From Pseudomonadota bacterium (GTDB lineage Bacteria > Pseudomonadota > Gammaproteobacteria > Pseudomonadales > JADFDG01), in contig JBMOOP010000110.1 in assembly GCA_049324495.1 (NCBI GenBank), forward strand, positions 26,027 to 90,026: DNA of 64,000 nucleotides, given 5' to 3'. Shown piece by piece: positions 1 to 9,432 of this stretch. The stretch's first letter is position 1. The number at the start of each line of letters is the position of its first letter. The position numbers and the translations under genes were made by a program. The notes below the pieces were generated by a model. It worked only from the letters and a program-made list of their open reading frames with translations. It was not told the DNA's origin and searched no databases.

Positions 1-1
1 G

Positions 2-604
2 CCGGCATCGGCCGATTGCCAGGCGTCGTGGGCGGCGCTGTGTCGCGGCGTGATCCATTACGAAACGCACATTCATCCGTTGTGGAGCGTCGATCGTCGC
101 CTGTTTGCCGGCGACGGCGTGACGGTGCTTGCCGACCATACCTGCACTACCTGCCACAATTCGCGTACCGCGATGGGAATGCCGCAGGTGCCGGCGGCGC
201 AACTCGATCTGCGCGATGGCATGTCCGGCGAAGTCGCCGACCACATGGCCGCGTACCGCGAATTACTGGCCACCGATGCACAGCAGGAAATTGTCGACGG
301 CACGTTGGTCGACAAGCTGGTGCAGGCGGTCGATGCCAGCGGCAGCTTGGTGTTCGAAACCGACGCCAGTGGCAACCTCTTCCTCGACAGCAACGGCCAG
401 CCGATCCCGGTGATGGTCACCGTTCCCCTCATGCCGTCGCTGGTCGCGGGTAATGCGCGCGGCAGCCAGCGCTTCTTCCTGTCGTTCGCCGCCGGCGGCA
501 ACCACGCCGGCTGGCTCACCGATGCCGAGTTGCGTCTGCTCGCCGAGTGGGTCGATATTGGCGCCCAGTATTTCAACGATCCATTCGCAGCGCCGCTGAA
601 TTAA
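2..604 (+). CDS. 3' part of a larger secreted protein with one CxxCH (heme-c type) motif; family not recognised
   Basis: Frame is open from the window edge (no stop from nt 2). It ends at TAA 602-604 and contains CTTCH. The listed start at 50 is only an internal GTG. Confidence 0.55.
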   Translation, partial: PASADCQASWAALCRGVIHYETHIHPLWSVDRRLFAGDGVTVLADHTCTTCHNSRTAMGMPQVPAAQLDLRDGMSGEVADHMAAYRELLATDAQQEIVDGTLVDKLVQAVDASGSLVFETDASGNLFLDSNGQPIPVMVTVPLMPSLVAGNARGSQRFFLSFAAGGNHAGWLTDAELRLLAEWVDIGAQYFNDPFAAPLN

Positions 605-1368
605 TGATGCTGACCGCAGCGGTACGCCACATGATTTTCTTTTGCTGCATGCTGGTTGCGCTGCAGGCGTTACTGGCAACGGCCGCGCACGCGGCTTCGC
701 CGGGAAAAGTCACGGTGGTCGACCCGTTCGTCGAATTGCACAGCGGTGCTGGGCGCGGCTACCCGGTGCTGGAGATCGTTGAGCAAGGCGGCGAGGTCGA
801 GGTGCTCGAAAGCCGTACCACCTGGTATCGCCTGCGCACCCGGCGCGGTACCGAAGGCTGGGCATCGCGTGTGCAAATGTTGCGCACGCTGACGCCCGCT
901 GGCGAAACGTTCCACGAGGACGAAACCACTGCGGAAGACTTCATTGATCATCGCCATGAAATTGGCGCGCTGCTTGGTGATTTCGACGGCAGCGCGCTGA
1001 TGGGCCTGTACGGCGCGTGGCGTTTTACGCCGAACCTGACTACCGAACTTGCCGCCGGACAGGCGATTGGCCGCTCCGCCGACAGCCTGGTGATTGACGT
1101 GTCGCTCGCTGGCTATCCGTTTCCGGCGATGAAGTATTCGCCCTATGCCGGCATTGGCACCGGCCTCGTGCAGACGCGGCCATCTTCCATTCTGGTTGGC
1201 GCGAATCGCCGCGAAGACCAGTCGCTCAGCGTCGCGCTGGGTGTCAAAGGCTGGGTTTCGCGGGCTTTCGTCCTGCGCCTTGAATATCGACAGTACCTGC
1301 TGCTCACCAGCCGGGAAGAACACGAGAAACTCGACACATGGAAAGCCGGACTCGCCGTATTTTTCTAA
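604..1368 (+). CDS. SH3b-like domain / outer-membrane beta-barrel protein
   Basis: ATG 604 overlaps the upstream stop (TAATG). Signal peptide MMLTAAVRHMIFFCCMLVALQALLATAAHA. SH3-like segment GYPVLEIVEQGGEVEVLESRTTWYRLRTRRGTEGW. C-terminus ...GLAVFF, typical of an OM barrel. Confidence 0.7.
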   Translation: MMLTAAVRHMIFFCCMLVALQALLATAAHAASPGKVTVVDPFVELHSGAGRGYPVLEIVEQGGEVEVLESRTTWYRLRTRRGTEGWASRVQMLRTLTPAGETFHEDETTAEDFIDHRHEIGALLGDFDGSALMGLYGAWRFTPNLTTELAAGQAIGRSADSLVIDVSLAGYPFPAMKYSPYAGIGTGLVQTRPSSILVGANRREDQSLSVALGVKGWVSRAFVLRLEYRQYLLLTSREEHEKLDTWKAGLAVFF

Positions 1369-2036
1369 GTGCCGTGCAGCGCGCCATTCCGGTCGCGCTG
1401 CTGGCGGCATCACTCGTCATGCCGGTCGGATTCGCGCGCGCGGACGAACCGCCGGTCGATCCGCTGGATCCGTCGTCTGAAGCGCCGCTGGTCGATCCGG
1501 ATGTTGCGCGTCGCGAAGTCGACGAGGTGAAGATCGACAAACAGGACCTTGAACTCGGCGTTTACGGCGGCATGCTGTCGATCGAGGATTTCGGCAGCGC
1601 ACCAATGGTGGGCGTGATGCTTGCCTGGCATTTTACCGAAGACCTGTTCTTGCAGGGCCACGTCTATTCCTCGCAGGCCGGACTTACCAGCTACGAAGTG
1701 TTGAGCGGCTCGGCGCGCCTGTTGACCGACAGTGAGCGCGATTACTCCGGCTACGATCTCTCGGTAGGCTATAACCTGTTTCCTGGCGAAGCATTCATTG
1801 GCCGCAAGCGCGCCTACAACACCGCGTTCTACCTGCTTTCCGGCATCGGCTCGACGAAGTTCGGCGGCGACGACCGTTTCACGCTCAATCTCGGCGTCGG
1901 CTACCGTCTGTTGCTCACCGACTGGTTGGCCTGGCATATCGGCTTTCGCGACCACGTGTTCGCCTCTGACATCACCGGCCAGGACAAGAACACGCACAAC
2001 ATGGAAATACAGACCGGAATTTCCAGCTTTTTCTGA
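1338..2036 (+). CDS. outer-membrane beta-barrel protein
   Basis: Signal peptide ...ALLAASLVMPVGFARA, alternating beta-strand pattern, C-terminal ...TGISSFF. The start could instead be GTG 1374, which avoids the 31-nt overlap. Confidence 0.7.
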   Translation: MESRTRRIFLSAVQRAIPVALLAASLVMPVGFARADEPPVDPLDPSSEAPLVDPDVARREVDEVKIDKQDLELGVYGGMLSIEDFGSAPMVGVMLAWHFTEDLFLQGHVYSSQAGLTSYEVLSGSARLLTDSERDYSGYDLSVGYNLFPGEAFIGRKRAYNTAFYLLSGIGSTKFGGDDRFTLNLGVGYRLLLTDWLAWHIGFRDHVFASDITGQDKNTHNMEIQTGISSFF

Positions 2037-2083
2037 AAGCCGGATTGTTGCGAAGAAATCACCTTGTTGACGAGGAACAGAAC

Positions 2084-2584
2084 ATGACGCGCGATATCTT
2101 CCGGATATTCCTGCTTGGCGCTTTCCTGCTCGCGTCGTTCGCCGCATCCGGCGCCGACACCACAGGCAAGACCGCGCCGGACTTCACACTGAAGAGCACC
2201 ACCGGCAAGAACGTGCGGCTTGCCGAGCATCGCGGCGACGTGATGATGGTCAATTTCTGGGCGACCTGGTGCGGCCCGTGCCGGCAGGAAATGCCGCTGC
2301 TCGAAAAGATCAACAAGAAATACAAGGGCCTCGGGTTCACGCTGCTCGGCGTCAATGTGGAAGCCGATTCGTCGAACATGGAGAAATATCTGAAGGACGT
2401 ACCGGTGACTTTCCCTATCCTCAAAGATGACGCCAATAGCGTCGCGAAACTCTATGGAGTTGACGGCATGCCGAGCACTGTGATCATCGACCGCAACGGC
2501 ATCGTGCGTTTCATCCACCGCGGCTACAAGCCCGGCTACGAGCAGAAGTACGAGCAACAGGTCAAGCAATTGGTGATGGAGTAA
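2084..2584 (+). CDS. TlpA/ResA-family periplasmic thiol:disulfide oxidoreductase
   Basis: Thioredoxin-fold motif NFWATWCGPCRQEMP. Signal peptide MTRDIFRIFLLGAFLLASFAASGA. GAGGAA RBS lies 7 nt upstream of ATG 2084. Confidence 0.85.
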   Translation: MTRDIFRIFLLGAFLLASFAASGADTTGKTAPDFTLKSTTGKNVRLAEHRGDVMMVNFWATWCGPCRQEMPLLEKINKKYKGLGFTLLGVNVEADSSNMEKYLKDVPVTFPILKDDANSVAKLYGVDGMPSTVIIDRNGIVRFIHRGYKPGYEQKYEQQVKQLVME

Positions 2585-2586
2585 GT

Positions 2587-2805
2587 ATGCAACGGTTTCT
2601 CGCGCTGCTTCTTGCTGCAACCATGTTGGGCGGCTGCGCAATCAAGCCGTGGGTGGCGCCGTACGAGCGCAACCTGCTGGCCGAGCCGTCGATGAGCTTC
2701 GGCCGCGACCCGGTGAGCGACAATTACATGAATCATGTGTTCGAGGCGCGTGAAGGCGCGCGTGGCGCGGCAGGCGGTGGCGGGGGCGGTTGTGGCTGCA
2801 GTTGA
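2587..2805 (+). CDS. DUF4266-like small lipoprotein (72 aa)
   Basis: Lipobox LLAATMLGGC. C-terminal tail AAGGGGGGCGCS. Its position directly before a DUF3570-like gene matches the remembered DUF4266/DUF3570 pairing. Confidence 0.7.
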   Translation: MQRFLALLLAATMLGGCAIKPWVAPYERNLLAEPSMSFGRDPVSDNYMNHVFEAREGARGAAGGGGGGCGCS

Positions 2806-2818
2806 CGGTCGCGACGAC

Positions 2819-3955
2819 GTGTTGCGGGAGTTGCGGCAGGCAGTTGCCGCTGTGCTTGCCGTTGCGGCATTTCCGGCGTGCGCCACTGTCCTGCCCGAAG
2901 AGCGCGCCGACGTGCTCTATCACCACTACCACGGCGGCGGCATGGACATTTCCGGCCCGTCGGTGCTGGTGCGCAAGAACTGGCGCGACAAGGTGTCGGT
3001 GTCGGCGAATTATTATGTCGACAGTGTCACCAGCGCCTCGATTGACGTGATGACCACGGCCAGTCCTTACACCGAACAGCGCAACGAGACCCGGTTCGGC
3101 GTTGATTACCTGCACGACAAAACCGTGATGGGCGTTAGCTGGGTGCGCTCCGAGGAAAACGATTACTCGGCCAGCACAGCCGGCTTTTCCTTCAGCCAGG
3201 ATTTTTTCGGCGACCTGACCACGCTCAATTTCGGTTATGCGCTCGGCAACGACGAAGTGCGGCGCAATGGCGATCCGTCATTCGCCGAACCCGTCAATCG
3301 CCAGACGTTCAATCTCGGGCTTGCACAGGTGTTGTCGAAACGCGCCGTGCTTGGTCTTGCCTGGGATGTCACCGCCGACCAGGGTTATCTGCACAACGCC
3401 TATCGTTCTGTGCGCTTTGCCGATCCAGCCAGCACGCTTGGTTACGGTTATCAGGGCGAGGTGTATCCGCACACCCGCACCAGCAATGCCGCCGCGCTGC
3501 GCGTCGCGTACCATCTGCCGTGGCAGGACGCATTGCGCGCCGAGTACCGTATCTATACCGATACCTGGGGTGTCGGCGCGCAAAACCTCGAGCTGGCCTA
3601 CACCCGCAACATTTCGCCGAACTGGCGCATCGATACGCGCGTGCGAACCTACAGCCAGGATCGCGCCGATTTCTACAGCGACATATTCCCGTATCGCGAC
3701 GCGCAAAACTACTTGGCGCGCGACAAAGAGCTGTCGACCTTCGACTCGTTGTTGTTCGGGTTTGGCGCCAGTTACCAGCTAAAGGCGCCGGAAGCCAGCC
3801 GCTGGAAGCAGATGAGCTTCAATCTGCAACTGGATTTGATCCAGTTCGACTATGCCGATTTTCGTGATGTGCGCGTGATTTCTGCGCCTGGCACCGAGCC
3901 GCCGTACGGCTACGATGCGACCGTCACGCGGCTGTACTGGTCGCTCTGGTACTAA
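2819..3955 (+). CDS. DUF3570-like outer-membrane beta-barrel protein
   Basis: GTG 2819 gives signal peptide MLRELRQAVAAVLAVAAFPACA. Motif ERADVLYHHYHGGGMDISGPSVLVRK. C-terminal aromatic ...YWSLWY. The ORF-track start at 2735 overlaps the upstream gene and was rejected. Confidence 0.7.
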   Translation: MLRELRQAVAAVLAVAAFPACATVLPEERADVLYHHYHGGGMDISGPSVLVRKNWRDKVSVSANYYVDSVTSASIDVMTTASPYTEQRNETRFGVDYLHDKTVMGVSWVRSEENDYSASTAGFSFSQDFFGDLTTLNFGYALGNDEVRRNGDPSFAEPVNRQTFNLGLAQVLSKRAVLGLAWDVTADQGYLHNAYRSVRFADPASTLGYGYQGEVYPHTRTSNAAALRVAYHLPWQDALRAEYRIYTDTWGVGAQNLELAYTRNISPNWRIDTRVRTYSQDRADFYSDIFPYRDAQNYLARDKELSTFDSLLFGFGASYQLKAPEASRWKQMSFNLQLDLIQFDYADFRDVRVISAPGTEPPYGYDATVTRLYWSLWY

Positions 3956-3960
3956 TTCTT

Positions 3961-5277
3961 TTACCGCGAGTGCAACACCCGGTTCCCCAGCATCGTGAAC
4001 AACACCCGGCCCTGCATCTGTTCGCCGAGAAACGGTGAGTTGCGTCCCGCCGATACCATCGCGTCCGGGCCTTCGTTGCCGAGCGTGTAGCGCGCTTGCG
4101 GGTCGAACAGGCAGAAATCCGCGCGTTCGTTGACGCGCAGGCTGCCGCCGGCAACGCCGAAACAGGCAGCGGGCCGGCTGGTGAGTGCGCCGATTGCCTG
4201 CGACAGCGTCAATACGCCTTCTTCAACCAGTCGCAGTGTCAGCGAAAGCAGCGTTTCCGTGCCGCTGATGCCCGGGCGCGCTGCCGGGAACGGCGCCTGT
4301 TTGTCGGAGCTTTCGCAGGGTTGGTGATCCGAACAGATTGCGTCGATGGTGCCATCGGCAACCGCCTGGCGCAGGGCATCGCGGTCGGCGAGCGAACGCA
4401 GCGGCGGGCGAACATGCGCCAGCGCGTTGAAACCCTCAATCGCGCTTTCGGTAAGCAGCAGCTGGTGCACGGCGACATCCGCCGTCACTTTCAACCCCTT
4501 GCGGCGCGCCTCGGCGATCATCGCGACGGCACCGGCAGTCGACAGCTGCGCGAAGTGCGCGCGTACCCCGGTGTGTGCGACCAGCTCAAGATCGCGCGCC
4601 ACAGCAACGGTTTCCGCCATCGCCGGAATGCCCGGCAGGCCCAGACGCGTGGCGACGGCTCCTTCATGCGCGCAACCGCCGGCGGCGAGATCCACGTCTT
4701 CTGGATGAAATACGACGGCAAGATCGAATGTTGCCGCGTATTCGAGCGCGCGGCGCAGCACCTGATTGCTGGCCATCGCGCGCCGCCGATTGCTCACAGC
4801 CACACAGCCGGCCTGCTTGAGCGCGGCCATGTCGGCGAGTTGTTCGCCGGCGAGGCCTTGCGTCATCGCGCCGACCACCCACACCCAGCTGCGCCGTGCA
4901 CTTGAGGCGGTCTCGTGCATCTGGCGGACAACGGCGGTGGTGTCGGCAATCGGGAAAGTATCTGGAGGACAAACTGCGTGGGTGACGCCGCCGGCGGCGC
5001 AGGCGGCCAGTTCGCGGATCATGCCCTTGCTGTGCTCGGCGCCCGGTTTTTTCAGGCTGACTGACGTGTCGATGAGGCCCGGTGCGGCGATGAGGCCGCT
5101 GGCGTCGACTTCGCGCTCGGCAAGGAAGCCGCTCGCCGTCGCGCCGATGGCAACCAGCTTGCCGTCAAGAACGTAAAGGTCAGCGATAACATCCAGTTGT
5201 TGCGATGGGTCGATGACGCGCGCACCGCGGATCGCGAGGCGGCCATTGAGCTTGCCTTCAGCCGGTAAGTCACTCAT
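3961..5277 (-). CDS. pyrC': dihydroorotase-like protein, probably the non-catalytic PyrC' partner of aspartate carbamoyltransferase
   Basis: Amidohydrolase-fold N-terminus (IRGARVIDP...LDGKLVAIG...[15 protein letters not shown]). The usual HxH metal site is replaced by TSVS. It lies directly downstream of pyrB. GGAG RBS precedes ATG 5277. Confidence 0.8.
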   Translation of the reverse strand: MSDLPAEGKLNGRLAIRGARVIDPSQQLDVIADLYVLDGKLVAIGATASGFLAEREVDASGLIAAPGLIDTSVSLKKPGAEHSKGMIRELAACAAGGVTHAVCPPDTFPIADTTAVVRQMHETASSARRSWVWVVGAMTQGLAGEQLADMAALKQAGCVAVSNRRRAMASNQVLRRALEYAATFDLAVVFHPEDVDLAAGGCAHEGAVATRLGLPGIPAMAETVAVARDLELVAHTGVRAHFAQLSTAGAVAMIAEARRKGLKVTADVAVHQLLLTESAIEGFNALAHVRPPLRSLADRDALRQAVADGTIDAICSDHQPCESSDKQAPFPAARPGISGTETLLSLTLRLVEEGVLTLSQAIGALTSRPAACFGVAGGSLRVNERADFCLFDPQARYTLGNEGPDAMVSAGRNSPFLGEQMQGRVLFTMLGNRVLHSR

Positions 5278-5302
5278 TGCCCGCTCCGTAAGCTCGCCGT
5301 CT

Positions 5303-6325
5303 TCATTCGGTGGCCGGGGCGTGGCCCTGGCCATTCATGCACATTGCCATCACCGCCATGCGCACCGCGATGCCGAACGTCACCTGCTGTAAAATCACCG
5401 ACTGCGGGCCGTCGGCGATATCGCTGGCAATTTCGACGCCGCGATTGATCGGGCCCGGGTGCATCACGATCGCATCCGGTTTCGCTACGCGCATCTTTTC
5501 ACCGGTGAGACCATAGAGCCGGTAAAACTCCTGCTCGGAAGGCAGCAGGGCTGTCTGCATGCGTTCTTTCTGCAGCCGCAGTGCCATCACCACGTCGGCA
5601 TCGCGGATGCCCTCGACGAGATTGGTATAAACCTTCGCGCCCAGCGACTCGGCATCGGCCGGCAACAAGGTGCGTGGCGCGACAATACGCACGTCCGGGC
5701 AGCCGAGCGCGCGCAGCGCAGCGATGCCGGAGCGTGCGACCCGCGAGTGCAGGATGTCGCCGATGATCGTCACAGTGAGTTTGGTGAAGTCGCCCTTGCA
5801 ATGGCGGATGGTGAACATGTCGAGCATCGCTTGAGTTGGATGCGCGTGGCGGCCGTCGCCGGCATTGATCACAGCGACTTTCGGCGTCACATGCCGGGCA
5901 ATGAAATCCGGCGCGCCGGGATCACCATGGCGCACGATGAACATATCGGCGCCCATCGCTTCAAGATTCCAGAGCATGTCCATCAGTGTCTCGCCCTTGG
6001 AAGTCGAGGAGCGGCCGATATCGATGTTGAGTACGTCGGCAGACAGACGTTTGGCGGCCACCTCGAAGGTGGTGCGGGTGCGGGTACTGGGTTCGAAGAA
6101 CAGGTTCACCACGGTCTTGCCACGCAGCAGGGGCAATTTTTTCGCCGCGCGTTCGCCGGCGATAACAAAAGATGCGGCGGTGTCGAGGATTTCGGTGAGA
6201 GTTGCGCGCGACAGGCCATCAATGGTGAGGAAGTGCCTCAGCCGGCCTTCTTTGTCCAGTTGCAGATCATCGAGTTGCGGGCGCGCGTGGACTGCACTGC
6301 TTTCGGCAAAATCGGCGGTCGTCAT
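5303..6325 (-). CDS. pyrB: aspartate carbamoyltransferase catalytic subunit
   Basis: Motifs STRTRTTFE and [10 protein letters not shown], full-length similarity to PyrB. The internal ATG 6325 has an AGGA RBS. The longer ORF to 6448 would overlap ruvX. Confidence 0.93.
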   Translation of the reverse strand: MTTADFAESSAVHARPQLDDLQLDKEGRLRHFLTIDGLSRATLTEILDTAASFVIAGERAAKKLPLLRGKTVVNLFFEPSTRTRTTFEVAAKRLSADVLNIDIGRSSTSKGETLMDMLWNLEAMGADMFIVRHGDPGAPDFIARHVTPKVAVINAGDGRHAHPTQAMLDMFTIRHCKGDFTKLTVTIIGDILHSRVARSGIAALRALGCPDVRIVAPRTLLPADAESLGAKVYTNLVEGIRDADVVMALRLQKERMQTALLPSEQEFYRLYGLTGEKMRVAKPDAIVMHPGPINRGVEIASDIADGPQSVILQQVTFGIAVRMAVMAMCMNGQGHAPATE

Positions 6326-6420
6326 GCAAAGATTCCTGTCAGGACCGGTGCTTTGCCCGAGCTGGGCTTGTCGTGTCGCTGGCGGTGCAATTCTAGCCGG
6401 GCTGCGCTCCGGGTGCGAGT

Positions 6421-6879
6421 CTAGCTGTGGGGCTGTTGTGCCAGCCACGCCTCGACGATCAGCGCTGCTGCCAGCGCATCGACTGCCGGCTGGCCGCGCT
6501 TTTGTTCCGCGCGCAGCAACGCGTTGCGAGCTTCGAAACTCGACAGCCGTTCGTCGATAACCGCGACCGGCAGGACCAGACGGCCGGCGAGCTTGCGCGC
6601 AAAGCTGCGCGCGCAGGTCGACATTTCACTTTCGCTGCCATCCATATTCAATGGCAGCCCGACCACCAGCTGGTCGGGCTGCCATTCGGCGACCAGCTTG
6701 CCGATCTGCTCCCAGTCCGGTGCGCCGTCGCGCGTCGGCAGTACGGTGAGCGGTCGTGCGGTGCCGGTCAGGGTATTGCCAATGGCAATGCCGATACGTT
6801 TGGTGCCGAAATCGAAACCCAGGATGGTGGCTTCCCGGTGACCGGACGACGGGTTGCAAGGAGAGTGGTTGCCGGACAT
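6421..6879 (-). CDS. ruvX: Holliday-junction resolvase-like RuvX/YqgF
   Basis: [18 protein letters not shown] motif, about 150 aa, conserved position next to pyrB. Confidence 0.9.
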   Translation of the reverse strand: MSGNHSPCNPSSGHREATILGFDFGTKRIGIAIGNTLTGTARPLTVLPTRDGAPDWEQIGKLVAEWQPDQLVVGLPLNMDGSESEMSTCARSFARKLAGRLVLPVAVIDERLSSFEARNALLRAEQKRGQPAVDALAAALIVEAWLAQQPHS

Positions 6880-7764
6880 TCAGCCGCCCTCCGATGACAC
6901 CGCGCGCCGCTCATCGAATTTCCAGGTACGGATGACCTCGAGAATGTCGGTGATCTTGCGCATCTCCGGCGGGAATGGCGCAAACGGTGCCGCCAGTCGC
7001 ACGCTGCGCATGGCGGCTTCGTCGAGAAAGCGATGTCCTGATGATTTCAGTATCTCGATGGCGCGCACCTCACCGTTCGGGTTGAGCGCGACCATCAGGC
7101 GCACCTGACCGAAGATCTGGTTGCGCAACGCCTGCTCGGGAAAATTGCGCGTACCCACTTCCTCTACCTCGCGGCGGAAGGCTTCAACATACAGCGCGTC
7201 GAAACTCTCGCGGGTCGATACCGAGGTCAGCTGACGCACTTTCGGCCGTTTTGCGTAGGCTTCTTTCTCGCGTGCCAGCTGCGCTTCGAGGCTGGCAATC
7301 TCACGCTGCTGGCGTTCGGCTGCGTCGACCTCTGCCTTGCGGGCATCCTTTGCATCGCGCTGCTGACGTGTCTTGCCGGTCTTGCGCGCCTTGGTGTTGT
7401 GGGTGACCACAAGGTTGTGCCGCGTTGCGGTGGCGGGTGCGCGGGCGGACTCCTCTTCCTGGAGTGTCTCGCGGATTGTGTTGTCTTCGATCGGGGCGTG
7501 TTCGGTGGTGGTCAGCAGCCGCTTGTCGATTTCAGTGCCGGAGCCGATCTGGTTGGCCTGGGCAACGAAATCGGCCTCGCGCGGGGCCTGCGTACTGCGG
7601 AAGTGGGCCAGCGTGACTTCGAGGACACTCGGACTGCGTTTGGCGTCCTCGGGAATAAATCCCACGGTCAGCGCGACCAATGCATGCAGGCTCATTGCGG
7701 CGACGATCGCCCAGGTCAGGCGGTCGCCGGATTGGTGCCAGGGCAGCGGCAAGGCGTCGTTCAT
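6880..7764 (-). CDS. TonB-family energy transducer (TonB3-like position)
   Basis: N-terminal TM helix WAIVAAMSLHALVALTVGFI, charged Lys/Glu-rich linker. TonB C-terminal domain (GQVRLMVALNPNGEVRAIEILKSSGHRFLDEAAMRSVRLAAPFAPFP). ATGA overlap with gshB. Confidence 0.8.
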   Translation of the reverse strand: MNDALPLPWHQSGDRLTWAIVAAMSLHALVALTVGFIPEDAKRSPSVLEVTLAHFRSTQAPREADFVAQANQIGSGTEIDKRLLTTTEHAPIEDNTIRETLQEEESARAPATATRHNLVVTHNTKARKTGKTRQQRDAKDARKAEVDAAERQQREIASLEAQLAREKEAYAKRPKVRQLTSVSTRESFDALYVEAFRREVEEVGTRNFPEQALRNQIFGQVRLMVALNPNGEVRAIEILKSSGHRFLDEAAMRSVRLAAPFAPFPPEMRKITDILEVIRTWKFDERRAVSSEGG

Positions 7765-8726
7765 CGCATTCGTTTGCCGCCGGTCAGGCGGGCGGCGAGG
7801 TGCTCGAGCAGCTGCCCGGCGATGTCGAGGCCGAAAGCGGCGTCGAGCTCACGAATACAAGTCGGGCTGGTTACGTTGATCTCGGTGAGATAGTCACCGA
7901 TCACGTCTATGCCGACGAAAAAAAGCCCTTTTTCCCGGAGAGTTGGCCCCACTTGCGCGGCGATCCAGCGATCACGGGCGGTCAGTTCCCGGCCCTCGCC
8001 CCGGCCACCGGCGGCGAGATTGCCGCGGGTCTCTCCGTCCTGCGGGATGCGAGCGAGGGCGAACGGTATCGGTTCGCCGTTGATCAGCAGGATGCGCTTG
8101 TCGCCGGTGCGGATTTCCGGGATGTAGCGCTGGGCCATCACATGCAGGGTGTCGAGTGCGGTGAGGATTTCCAGGGTGGCGCCGATGTTGGGGCCGTCGG
8201 CGGTCAACCGAAAGACGCCAGCGCCACCCATCGCGTCCAGCGGCTTGACGATCACATCGCCCTGCTCGCGGATGAACTGGCGCAGGCGGGCGCTGTCGCT
8301 GCTGACCAGGGTCGGCACCATGCATTGCGGGAAGCGGGCGGCAAACAGCTTCTCGTTGGCATCGCGGACGCTGCCCGGACGGTTGGCGATCAACGCCCCG
8401 GCGGCCTCGGCACACTCGAGGATGTAGGTGATGTACAGGTAGGCATTGGTGATCGGTGGGTCCTGGCGCATCAGGATGATGTCGATCTCGGCCAGCGCGA
8501 TGTCGCCGCCGGCGGACAGCGTGTACCAGTCGGTCCGGTCGTCGCGAACCTCGAGAGCGCGCCAGCGGCCGCGCGCAACGCCGTCGCGCATGTAAAGGTC
8601 GCCGGGCTCGAAATAACGGATGTGCCAGCCGCGCGCGCGCGCGGCCAGCAACATGGCAAAGGTCGAATCCTTGTATGGCTTGATGCCCTGGATGGGGTCC
8701 ATCACCACACCGAGAGTCACGGGCAT
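7761..8726 (-). CDS. gshB: glutathione synthetase (ATP-grasp)
   Basis: MPVTLGVVMDPIQGIKPYKDSTFAMLLAA... and the ATP-grasp C-terminal half. Full-length GshB-like. Confidence 0.93.
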   Translation of the reverse strand: MPVTLGVVMDPIQGIKPYKDSTFAMLLAARARGWHIRYFEPGDLYMRDGVARGRWRALEVRDDRTDWYTLSAGGDIALAEIDIILMRQDPPITNAYLYITYILECAEAAGALIANRPGSVRDANEKLFAARFPQCMVPTLVSSDSARLRQFIREQGDVIVKPLDAMGGAGVFRLTADGPNIGATLEILTALDTLHVMAQRYIPEIRTGDKRILLINGEPIPFALARIPQDGETRGNLAAGGRGEGRELTARDRWIAAQVGPTLREKGLFFVGIDVIGDYLTEINVTSPTCIRELDAAFGLDIAGQLLEHLAARLTGGKRMR

Positions 8727-9031
8727 CGCAGTTGTCGCCGGAAGTTTGGGGGTGAATCGAGGGGCGCATCGCCGGGTGAATCGCAGCGCGCCCGGCGGCT
8801 ATCGTAGCCAATGCCCGTACTGGCCGATAGGGCCGTTGAAAATGGTGCGCGCCGGCAGCGCGCAGAGAGGCATTTTCCCCGTGTTTATGGGGGGTTATAG
8901 CTTGAACATGGAAACTGTGTTAAAAACGCCCCTTGATGTATTTCAGGCCTTTTTCGTAAGGCTGGCCGACTCCGGAAGAACAATTTTCCGGGCGGTGGAT
9001 ACCAACCACAGACACGCAAGGCTGCCTGACG

Positions 9032-9415
9032 ATGAGCCAGAATCTCGAAGGTCTGAAGGTCATGGTCATTGATGACTCAAAGACCATTCGCCGTACCGCT
9101 GAAACCCTTTTGCAGAAAGCCGGTTGCGAGGTGATCACCGCCACCGATGGCTTCGATGCCCTGGCCAAGATTGCCGACACCCGCCCCGACATCATCTTCG
9201 TTGATATCATGATGCCGCGCCTGGATGGCTATCAAACCTGTGCCCTGATCAAGAACAACAGCAATTTCAAGAGTACCCCGGTGATCATGCTGTCCTCCAA
9301 GGACGGCCTGTTCGACAAGGCCAAGGGCCGCATTGTCGGTTCCGATCAGTACCTCACCAAACCCTTCAGCAAGGACGAACTGCTCGGCGCTATTGAGCAG
9401 CACGTCAAGAAGTAA
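9032..9415 (+). CDS. pilG: twitching-motility CheY-like response regulator PilG
   Basis: Near-identical stretches to remembered P. aeruginosa PilG (LKVMVIDDSKTIRRTAETLL...IIFVDIMMPRLDGYQTCALIKNN...GSDQYLTKPFSK). Confidence 0.95.
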   Translation: MSQNLEGLKVMVIDDSKTIRRTAETLLQKAGCEVITATDGFDALAKIADTRPDIIFVDIMMPRLDGYQTCALIKNNSNFKSTPVIMLSSKDGLFDKAKGRIVGSDQYLTKPFSKDELLGAIEQHVKK

Positions 9416-9432
9416 TCACGCAAAGGCAGGCC

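Noticed and set aside
8799-8830. CTATCG...CGATAG inverted repeat in the gshB-pilG intergenic region
   Set aside because: Only a 6-bp stem with a 20-nt loop and no U-tract. Too weak to call a terminator or sRNA.
8620-9072. 150-aa ORF spanning the gshB-pilG intergenic region and the pilG start
   Set aside because: It overlaps both gshB and pilG and has no RBS or motif. I could not identify convincing -35/-10 boxes or regulator sites in 8727-9031, so no promoter is reported.
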